Below, one piece after another: positions 53,441 to 61,513 of a DNA stretch of 64,000 bases (the first letter of the stretch is position 1; the number at the start of each line of letters is the position of its first letter). The notes under the pieces are model-generated. The model saw only the letters and a list, made by a program, of their open reading frames with translations, made no database searches and was not told where the DNA came from. The DNA is from Azolla caroliniana (Eukaryota > Plantae > Polypodiophyta), in NCBI GenBank assembly GCA_043228905.1, contig JBHGNT010000017.1:12462001-12526000 (forward strand). The letters are read 5' to 3'. The translations under genes were made by a program, and so were the position numbers.

Positions 53441-54900
53441 ATGGACCCCCAAACGCTGTCGGAAGCCGCCAAGAAATGGCTAAGGCAACACGGGCTCGAG
53501 GGCTTCTTGACGATTATGGAGGCACCGCCACACAAAGAAGCCGACAAGGTGATCAAAGAAATCGACACAGAGGTCATAACGGAGGAGGCGATGCGTTCGT
53601 TAACAGGCCTTCCGGAGGGAGGCATATTCACGATCGACAATCTGACCTCGGAGCAACTCATCAAGTATTTTGGTGAGTACTCCCTAGCCAGCAAGGGCTA
53701 CCGGACACAGGGCAGCGGAGATATGTTGTTCGGTGAGATTGCCCATGTGCTCCACGAATACGGCCATGTGTACCCTAGACCCCCTGTCATGCCGCAGAAC
53801 CAGGCAGGGATGATCATCGCCACCTATGAAGGGATCAAGGTGGATTGGCCGGTAGTGATCGCAGAGGGTTTGTGTGCGGCGATCGAGATCGTCAGAGGAA
53901 AAGATGGCAAAGAAGGCTGAGACGGACGGAAGATATGGCACGCAGTAACGCAGTGGTTCACCTTGATTGTGCCACCCGTCCAGCCCGTCCAGCCCAAGAA
54001 ACGGGGAAGAGTGGCGGACGGCACCCCAAAGACTGCTTCCAAAAGACAACAGTTGCTGGCCTCTAAGGCCACTAAGGGGAAGGCGGTGAACGCAGAACAG
54101 GCGGGAAAGGAGCGCGCCAGGCGGAAGTGGCCAACGGATGCACAGGAGGAACCACCGGTACGGCCCGTAAAGATTACACTCCAACGACCGGTGAATAGAG
54201 AAGCAGACCCCTTGGCGGCGAAAATCAATGTCGGGACTCAGGAAGAGGAAATAGAGGAGGAGCCAACGGAGCACCTCTAGCGACGGTCATCGGCAAGGAC
54301 CGTTGAGGCAGCCAGGAAACATTCGGACCCTCAGATGGAGGGAACACCGGCTCCCATACTGAGACTCCCACGCCAAGGGAGGAATCGGAACCGGTGCGCA
54401 TGGCACCGGAATCAGAAGCCCCTGCACCACCGGCAGCACCGGCAAGTCCCGTACCGCTAGAGCCGGAAAGGTCAATGCAGCCTCCCTCGGCCAACCAAGA
54501 AGAAGCGCAAGGCGAACCAGGACAGCAGGGTGGTCCACGGGCAGAAACGAAATTGCAACTCGGCGCAATCAGGCGGGACCACCCACCCACAAGCGAGCCC
54601 ATCCGTCAAACCTCCGTGCAAGCGCAACAACAATGCACCGGTGGATAGGCGAACAGATTGCCGAAGCAGTGGGGTATATTGAGGCGGAAGAAAGAGCGCA
54701 AAGCGAACAGTTGCTCGTCGCAACCGAATAACTAGAGACGGCCCGGTCCAGAATCCGGTGCCTTGAAAAAGACTTGGATCAGGTCACGACAGAAATGGCC
54801 AAAATGGCCTTAACGGCAACACAAATCCAAGCACCGGTGACTCCGGTAAGTGTACAGAATAAAGAAATAGACCAACCTGTACATACTAATAAAACCCCGG
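53441..54900 (+). pseudogene. Extra sense ORF downstream of pol (unknown function), interrupted by stops
   Basis: ATG at 53441 after a CT-rich tract. In-frame blocks 53441-53920, 53963-54280 and further Pro/Glu-rich coding-like sequence. Confidence 0.65.
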
Positions 54901-54913
54901 CAACGGAAACCGT

Positions 54914-55833
54914 TGTCGTAGTGTAGGTTGCACACTATGTGGAAATTATATTTTTGTCCCTCCGGATAGAGAATGGAGTGCTCGGTGAGAACCGGAAGAA
55001 AACGGCATACCGGCAAGGAGGAAAACGACATACCGGCAACGAGGAAAAACGGCATACCGGCAAGGAGGAAAACGGCATACCGGCAAGGAGGAAAAACGGC
55101 ATACCGGCAAGGAGGAAAACGGCATACCGGCAAGGAGGAAAAACGGCATACCGGCAAGGAGGAAAACGGCATACCGGCAAGGAAGAGCCGGATAGAGAGA
55201 CATAAATGTAAAAATAAAGGAAATACTCACTACTGCGCAGGGCGTGATTCGAACTCTGCACCTCCACGTTGACAAACCCCAACCTTACCATTACATTAAA
55301 TTATCTTAAGTGTTTTAAATATAGATTTAATATGTATAAGACCTTTATTTATGCATACCTTTATTAAAAGGTAAATCGTGTATTTCTTTAATATATGAAA
55401 AAGAAAAAACACGAGACACTAAAAATAACTCATGCACATCTAGCGTGCATGAGCCCTATACTTAGGAAATAAAAAAGCATCACATGCACATTTAGTGTGC
55501 ATGAACATATGAGAAAAAGCATGTAGCTATGCTTAGTCTCTCCCATCACTATATAAGGATGGGGAGCACATTGTAGTTGTTGTTGATTATTCGGATTAAG
55601 TATTAATCAATACAAAAATTATTCGTGGGATTCACGATTTATACGTCTACTTCTCTCTTAACACCCTAAGTACCAATTAATATAGTATACTCGTGTGATT
55701 CACGAGTTTCTTATCTTTCTCTTTGCTATTTATTCATAATTAATCTCTATCTCACGAACTTCTTTCTCCTAGTCCAAGACCTCTGTGGTTCCCACCCGAC
55801 TCACGCAACGATCCGGAGCCGAAAGGCACGACA
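54914..55833 (+). repeat. LTR1 (920 bp; 8 x 23/24-bp U3 repeats at ~54997-55185)
   Basis: TGTCGT...ACGACA ends. Unit gaaaa(a)cggcataccggcaaggag. TATA box TATATAAG near 55550. Confidence 0.96.
55234..55300 (-). promoter_or_regulatory. tRNA-like Pol III internal promoter (A box/B box) inside the LTR; second copy at 61727-61793
   Basis: The minus strand reads TAATGTAATGGTAAG...TGTCA...GTTCGAATC with tRNA-like spacing and a T5 about 20 nt downstream. Cloverleaf stems do not pair. Confidence 0.5.
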
Positions 55834-55837
55834 CAGT

Positions 55838-55855
55838 TGGTGAACCCGACGTGAA
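55838..55855 (+). promoter_or_regulatory. PBS, tRNA-Trp (repeated at 62331-62348)
   Basis: TGGTGAACCCGACGTGAA is complementary to the plant tRNA-Trp 3' end (...TTCACGTCGGGTTCA-CCA, from memory). Confidence 0.88.
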
Positions 55856-55871
55856 GACGGGTGGCAAGGAG

Positions 55872-57911
55872 ATGGAGGCTCAACAAACTAACAATATGAT
55901 GGCGATGTTCGAACGGATGCTTCAAGAACAACGCACGATGTCGGAGATTTCGGCATCAGTAGAGCGGCTCGTGCAACGCAACAGGCAATTTAATGGTAAG
56001 GATGTGTCGCGATATTTGCAGGACTACAAGGCGGAGATGCTCCAGTGCCGGGCTTCGGAAGGACTGCAAGTGACATCCTTTAACCGGGTGGCGACCGACG
56101 GGCTTCAAGGGAGTATCCACGGGTTGCAACAACAAAATCCGACGTGGGAAGCATTCGAAGAGGCGTTAAAGACCACGTTTGCCATCGAGGACTCCTCCAA
56201 GGCAACGCGGAGGGGATTCGAGGATTGGGTGGAAACGTCAGGTAAGGGGCTGAAGGTCCTCGAAGTGTTTTCGACATTCGAAAGTCGGTTCGGGAGGTTG
56301 TCCGCGAGAGATCAAACTATTCTTGCACCGGACAAAGTCATCATGTTTTTGCGAGCTGTGGACGTCCGGGACCGGAAAGATCTCGGAGTGCTTCTTGAGG
56401 ACACGACCACCGAAAGCGGCCTCACCGAAACATGGGAAAGCGTGCGGGATATCGTCGCGCGGTACACGAAGAGGGGGCAATGGCTTGCCAACGAAGAAAA
56501 GAGGGTTTCGGAACCGATTCCGAAACCGAGAACGGGACTGGAAGACCATCAACCGGGGGCTCGGGAGATTACGGCCGAGAAGGGAGTCGACGCATCTACG
56601 GTGGAGCAGTTGCTGAAGGAGATGGAGAATCTAAAGATCGCGATGGTGAAGAAGTCGGATGACCGCCCCACAAGCTCCAAATATACGGATCGACGGTGCA
56701 TATGGTGCGATAGCGCCGAACACGATCGGAGGGATTGCGACGACCATAAGGAGGCGCTACGACGGGATCTCATCTACTACGAGGGAAACCGGATTCATTC
56801 GATGGACTCTCGGAAGCCACTCCGACCGAACTTCCGGAAAGGCGGCATGAAGAAGGTGCTCGAGGAGGAGTTAGCGGCAAGAAGCAACTATGCGACAACC
56901 GCGGGAATATGTGTCGGGGAGTCATCGGGAGCGAAGGCGTCTTTCTGGCCGGAGGTGCTAGGAAACACCGAGAAAACCGACTCCAACGATATCCGAAACA
57001 CCGCGGAAGGCGTCCGGGAAGCTACGGGATGGGACTGCCCTGTCGACAAGAATAGCATATACGCCCTGTGTCAATTACATGAGGTGTATGTGGACGAGAA
57101 ACGACGGCGCACGGAGGATGCGGCCGGACCATCGAAGATACCGGAAAGCTGGAACTCCGGAGGTAAGGGAAAAGAAAAGGCGACTCCGGCATTCAAGCTC
57201 GCCTCGGACATAGAACAACAAACCGACTTGAAAAGAGTGTTCGAGGAAAGAATCTTGGATAGCCGGGTAGATTTTTCGCTGCGGGAACTACTCGGAATAG
57301 CGAAGAAGGAGTTTCACGATCTTCTCGTGGATCTCGTGAAAAGGAAGAGACAAAGTACGGAGGAAAATGCTCCAAGGGTGAATGCAAATACCGTTTCAAT
57401 GAACGACACCGAAGTGGAAGGAGAAATTCCGAACTCCCACTATACAAGGCCACATTGGGCACGTGCGACTACAGAGACTCCGGTCCGAATCGGCAACATC
57501 AAAGAACCCGTGCTAGCATTGATTGATCACGGATCGGAGATCAACTTGATGTCCAAGGAGTTCTACCGAAAGGGGAAGTGGCCTATAAACACCAACCATG
57601 GATGGAAGATTCGGGCAGCCAAGAAAACGACAGAAGACCTATTTGCGGCTTGTCCGGATGTGACGGTAAAGATCGGGGATGTCGAAATTGACCAAAATTT
57701 CTTTGTGCAGGATGAGGTTTCACATTCTGTCATCCTCGGCCAACCCTTTATCACGGCTTCACGGATGGAGACGAAGGTGCTCGATAGTGGTGCGGCTTTT
57801 GCGCGAATTCGGAGCCAAAACGGAGGGAAATCCGTCCAATTCCTAACAGTGCCGGCAAATCACGAAAGGAACAAGAGGGAACTCTTGTCCCAAGTGAGAA
57901 TGGATTTTTAA
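55872..57911 (+). CDS. gag: Gag-protease polyprotein
   Basis: Open frame with CIWCDSAEHDRRDC knuckle and protease ALIDHGSEINL...VILGQPF. First ATG after the PBS is at 55872. Confidence 0.92.
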   Translation: MEAQQTNNMMAMFERMLQEQRTMSEISASVERLVQRNRQFNGKDVSRYLQDYKAEMLQCRASEGLQVTSFNRVATDGLQGSIHGLQQQNPTWEAFEEALKTTFAIEDSSKATRRGFEDWVETSGKGLKVLEVFSTFESRFGRLSARDQTILAPDKVIMFLRAVDVRDRKDLGVLLEDTTTESGLTETWESVRDIVARYTKRGQWLANEEKRVSEPIPKPRTGLEDHQPGAREITAEKGVDASTVEQLLKEMENLKIAMVKKSDDRPTSSKYTDRRCIWCDSAEHDRRDCDDHKEALRRDLIYYEGNRIHSMDSRKPLRPNFRKGGMKKVLEEELAARSNYATTAGICVGESSGAKASFWPEVLGNTEKTDSNDIRNTAEGVREATGWDCPVDKNSIYALCQLHEVYVDEKRRRTEDAAGPSKIPESWNSGGKGKEKATPAFKLASDIEQQTDLKRVFEERILDSRVDFSLRELLGIAKKEFHDLLVDLVKRKRQSTEENAPRVNANTVSMNDTEVEGEIPNSHYTRPHWARATTETPVRIGNIKEPVLALIDHGSEINLMSKEFYRKGKWPINTNHGWKIRAAKKTTEDLFAACPDVTVKIGDVEIDQNFFVQDEVSHSVILGQPFITASRMETKVLDSGAAFARIRSQNGGKSVQFLTVPANHERNKRELLSQVRMDF

Positions 57912-57965
57912 AGCGGACTGTTGCGGAGTGGGGAAGTGATAGTCCGAGAAGCCCTGATACCCCAC
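57902..57965 (+). promoter_or_regulatory. Predicted -1 ribosomal frameshift signal (slippery heptamer plus H-type pseudoknot)
   Basis: G_GAT_TTT directly before the gag-PR stop, a 5-nt spacer, stem CGGACTGTTGC/GTGATAGTCCG, and loop GTGGGG pairing with CCCCAC. Conserved at 31608-31671 and 44762-44827. Confidence 0.85.
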
Positions 57966-60900
57966 ACAGGAAGAAAACTCTCGGAGCAAAACAAGTACGA
58001 ATCGGCCCGGATGGGGCATCTACGTACACGGCCGTAACCGGAGGAATGAAGAAACAATGCCGACAAGTGGAGGATAAGTTACGGTCGGCATCAATAATAA
58101 AAGAAGATGAAGAAATCGTGGGAGTGATCGAGGAAGTGTTCTATGGGAATACACTACAACGGCTTGAAGAGCTTGCGGAAGATAAAAGCCAAGGGAACCG
58201 GGTAGTCCCGGTGGAATCGGTCGAGATGTACGAGATCGTTGCGAAAATGGGGCCGGATGCGCTCCGCAAAGAAGAAGCAATGGTAAGTACGAAATACAAG
58301 ACCGTGGAGAAGAAGGTGAAACCGGCCGCGGGACCACTACCCGCCGATAGCGAACAAAAGAAGAAAGAAGTCTCGGGAGATCCGACACTTCGGAAGTCCG
58401 TGGATATCGGACATGCCTTCACAGATGAGACCCGGAAGAAACTTCGGATCGGTGGAGGTGGGTTCCTCTTACAAGAAGAAGAAAAACGGTTTCGAGAGAT
58501 GTTGGAGCAACATGGCAAAGCATTCGCGTTCACAACGAGGGAGATCGGATGCATTGATCCAAAGATAGTGGAGCCGATGGTGATTTTCACGATTGATCAT
58601 GTACCGTGGAACCTGAAGCCGATTCCGGTGCCACGGGCGCATATTCCGAAAGTCATCGACTTGCTCAAGGAGAAGGTGGCGATGGGGATTCTAGAGCCAT
58701 CAAGTGCTCCGTACTCAAATCGATGGTTTACGGTTCCGAAGAAGAATGGGTCACTCCGATTCATCCAAGACTTGCAACCGGTGAACAAGGTCACGATCCG
58801 GAACTCGGGAGTCGGTCCGATAGTGGACGAATTCACGGAAGCTTTTGCCGGACGTGCGATATACTCCGTCGGGGACCTATACTCGGGGTATGACCAATTC
58901 CAACTAGCCGTGGAGAGCCGAGACATCACTACCATGCGGACACCGATAGGACTAGTTCGAATGTGCACACTACCACAAGGAGCGACAAACTCGGTTGCAC
59001 ATATGATGAACGCGATGAACAAGGTGCTTCGAGATTGCATTCCGGAGATAACGATGCCGTTTCTAGATGACATTCCGATGAAAGGATGCGCGGTGGAAGA
59101 AAAAGATGAGACTATGGATGATCGGGGATGCCGAAAGTTCGTGGTCGACCATATTCATGATTGCGAGAAAGTGTTGCGAAAGCTAGAAGATGTGCACCTA
59201 ACACTTTCCGGGGAGAAATCGGCATTCGGGCAAGAAGAAATATTGGTGGTCGGACATCTATGTGGACCCTACGGCCGAAGACCGTCGCCAACAAAGATCG
59301 ATGCGATTCAAGCTATGAAGGAAGTATGTGAGTCAACATCGGAAGTCCGAAGGTTTCTGGGTGCGTGTGCATTCTATCACATATGGATTCCGCACTATGC
59401 ACATATAGCGGACCCGCTCTATCACTTGTTGCGGAAAGGTAAGAAATTCGAGTGGAAACCGGAACACACTAAAGCCATGAGGAAGCTCAAGAAGACACTA
59501 TGGAGGGCGGAATCACTTAAGAAGCCAAGCTACGAGCGGCCAATCATAGTAACGGTTGATACAAGTCCAACCGGTATCGGGTGGGTCATCAATCAAGCCG
59601 ACTCGGATGGTTCGCGGTATCCAATCCGATTTGGAGCAAAGGTCCTCAACGAAAGGCAACGCGGATATGCACAAGTCAAAAGAGAATTGTGGGGAGTCGT
59701 GTCGGCGATAAAATCAGATCGGGATTATTTGATCGGAGCTGAAGTGGTGATCGAGACGGATTGTCTTCCGATACTCGGGATGATGCGGTGTTGTACGATA
59801 CCGGATGTGGCTATGCTAAGGTGGATTGCATATGTCAAGTCACTTAATCCGGAGGTTCGACACATCTCGGGGAAGGACAACGCGGTAGCGGACATGTTAT
59901 CGAGGGCGCGGTTTGAAGACGACATAACCGAATCAGATAATGAAGAAGTTTCCGAAGACTACTTCACGTCAGAACACATATGCCGAGTGAACGTGATCCG
60001 AGAATTCCGGGAAGAAGAATACGAGGGGGAAACCTTGATGATCGGGAAGATGCTACAAGAGGTCGAGGATTCAACCAATGATAAAGAAAGGAGAGCCGAG
60101 ATCCGAAGGAAGAAGAGGCAAGTCCAAAAGTTCTTCTTGGAAAACGGTTTAATATGGAGGACGCCGAAAAGACCGGATGGGATACCACTTCGAGTAGTCG
60201 GGACGAAAGAGCAACGAAACCGGATAATGTCCGAGTTCCACGAATCCGATTGGGCTGGACATCGAGGAACATGGGCAACTTTTGTGAAAATCAAGCAAAG
60301 ATATTGGTGGAAGAACATGTATAAAGATGTCGCGGAGTTCACAGAAAGCTGCGAGAAATGTCAAGTCTACTCCGGGGTCCGACACCGAGATGAGCTGCAT
60401 CCGACATTCTCACCGTCAATCAACTTCAAGTGGATGGTCGACATTGTAGCTATGCCGACCGGGATTGGACAAAAGAAATACTTGGTGTTAGCTCGAGAAG
60501 ATCTCACAAACCAAGTTGAAGGTCGAGCGCTTCGGAGGAAAACGTGTGCTGCGGTGTGCCAATTTCTTTTGGAAGAAGTGTTTTGTAGGTACGGCTGCGT
60601 AGGACAAGTGATTGCGGACCGGGGAGAACTCGACTCGGACAAAGCTAGGGGATTCTTCGCCAAACATGGAGTTCGGTTAACGTTGACAACGGCCTACAAT
60701 CCGGAGGCCAACGGGAAGATCGAACGAGGACATAGTCCGATCGTGAAAGCACTTGCGAAGGCATGCGACGGAAGGGTGAAGGATTGGCCACAAATGCTTC
60801 CGTATGCACTATGGGCGGATCGGACGACGCATAGCTCCGTGACCGGTTACATGCCGGCAGAACTCATGACCGGACAAGCACCGGTAATGCCAACGGAAAC

Positions 60901-61513
60901 CGCAATCGCGACATGGACAATACTACCGTGGAAGGAAGAGATGAGCCGGGAAGAACTACTAGCGGTCCGGATACGACAACTGGAGGGAAGACCGAAAGAT
61001 GTAGCGGAAGCGTCACGCCGGCAACAAGAAGCACGGTTCCGGAACAAAAGCCGGTTCGACACAAAGCACCGACTACGACCGAGGAGGATTGAAGAAGGAG
61101 ATTGGGTGATCGTCTATGATAGTAGCTTGGACCATCAACATACAACGATGCGGAAATTCGTGAAAAGGTGGTTCGGGCCGTACGAGGTTCGGAAGGTCTT
61201 CGACAACGGGACGTACCGACTGTCCGAGTTGGATGGAACAATACTACGAGTGCCTATAGCCGGGAAGCGGGTGAAGATTTTCAAAAAGCGGACCGACGAC
61301 AAACCTTATGTGATCCAAGTCGAGGCCGACAACGAGGAGCAATCGGACGAAGACCACAATGATGCGGGAAGCGAAGAAAGTGGATTACAACTCATAGTCG
61401 ACATAAGGGGAGAATCGGAGGAAGCTTCGGATGAAGACGGATACGAAGAATCAAGAACTTCGGCACATACCGGAGGATGTGCGGGTTTGGAGGGGGCGAG
61501 TGTCGTAGTGTAG
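57902..61513 (+). CDS. pol: Pol (RT-RNase H-integrase), -1 frame relative to gag-PR
   Basis: The frame is open from the slippery site through ATG 58046 to TAG 61511-61513. Motifs MPFLDD, VDTSPTGIG, H..H..CEKC, DDE core and WFGPY. Confidence 0.93.
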   Translation, partial: GFLKRTVAEWGSDSPRSPDTPHRKKTLGAKQVRIGPDGASTYTAVTGGMKKQCRQVEDKLRSASIIKEDEEIVGVIEEVFYGNTLQRLEELAEDKSQGNRVVPVESVEMYEIVAKMGPDALRKEEAMVSTKYKTVEKKVKPAAGPLPADSEQKKKEVSGDPTLRKSVDIGHAFTDETRKKLRIGGGGFLLQEEEKRFREMLEQHGKAFAFTTREIGCIDPKIVEPMVIFTIDHVPWNLKPIPVPRAHIPKVIDLLKEKVAMGILEPSSAPYSNRWFTVPKKNGSLRFIQDLQPVNKVTIRNSGVGPIVDEFTEAFAGRAIYSVGDLYSGYDQFQLAVESRDITTMRTPIGLVRMCTLPQGATNSVAHMMNAMNKVLRDCIPEITMPFLDDIPMKGCAVEEKDETMDDRGCRKFVVDHIHDCEKVLRKLEDVHLTLSGEKSAFGQEEILVVGHLCGPYGRRPSPTKIDAIQAMKEVCESTSEVRRFLGACAFYHIWIPHYAHIADPLYHLLRKGKKFEWKPEHTKAMRKLKKTLWRAESLKKPSYERPIIVTVDTSPTGIGWVINQADSDGSRYPIRFGAKVLNERQRGYAQVKRELWGVVSAIKSDRDYLIGAEVVIETDCLPILGMMRCCTIPDVAMLRWIAYVKSLNPEVRHISGKDNAVADMLSRARFEDDITESDNEEVSEDYFTSEHICRVNVIREFREEEYEGETLMIGKMLQEVEDSTNDKERRAEIRRKKRQVQKFFLENGLIWRTPKRPDGIPLRVVGTKEQRNRIMSEFHESDWAGHRGTWATFVKIKQRYWWKNMYKDVAEFTESCEKCQVYSGVRHRDELHPTFSPSINFKWMVDIVAMPTGIGQKKYLVLAREDLTNQVEGRALRRKTCAAVCQFLLEEVFCRYGCVGQVIADRGELDSDKARGFFAKHGVRLTLTTAYNPEANGKIERGHSPIVKALAKACDGRVKDWPQMLPYALWADRTTHSSVTGYMPAELMTGQAPVMPTETAIATWTILPWKEEMSREELLAVRIRQLEGRPKDVAEASRRQQEARFRNKSRFDTKHRLRPRRIEEGDWVIVYDSSLDHQHTTMRKFVKRWFGPYEVRKVFDNGTYRLSELDGTILRVPIAGKRVKIFKKRTDDKPYVIQVEADNEEQSDEDHNDAGSEESGLQLIVDIRGESEEASDEDGYEESRTSAHTGGCAGLEGASVVV

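Larger units (their letters stand above)
46775..54913 (+). mobile_element. Non-chromovirus Ty3/gypsy (RT resembles Athila/Tat-type) with an extra 3' ORF; 3' end displaced beyond the window
   Basis: LTR 46775-47209 (TGTTAC...TTAACA), PBS TGGCGACCAC at 47217. gag, PR VIDGGSGVN, RT WLSPIVVVPKKNGKIRVCVDYRKLN and FLDD, RH DASDIAIG, INT KWGLDFVGP and WTGPY. Confidence 0.9.

Noticed and set aside
54990-55190. CRISPR-like appearance of 23/24-bp repeats (also the 40-bp array at 17541-17844)
   Set aside because: Units are contiguous with no unique spacers, there are no cas genes, and the context is a eukaryotic LTR.
55234-55300. Functional tRNA gene
   Set aside because: Acceptor, anticodon and T stems do not pair. 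Kept only as a promoter-like relic.
55785-55871. ORF-track start of gag at 55785 (and Copia ORF start at 386)
   Set aside because: These are non-ATG starts inside the LTR, upstream of the PBS. ATG 55872 and ATG 458 are more plausible.
58046-58048. Independent ATG start for pol
   Set aside because: The frame is open back to a conserved slippery site and pseudoknot, so frameshift fusion explains it better. Not formally excluded.
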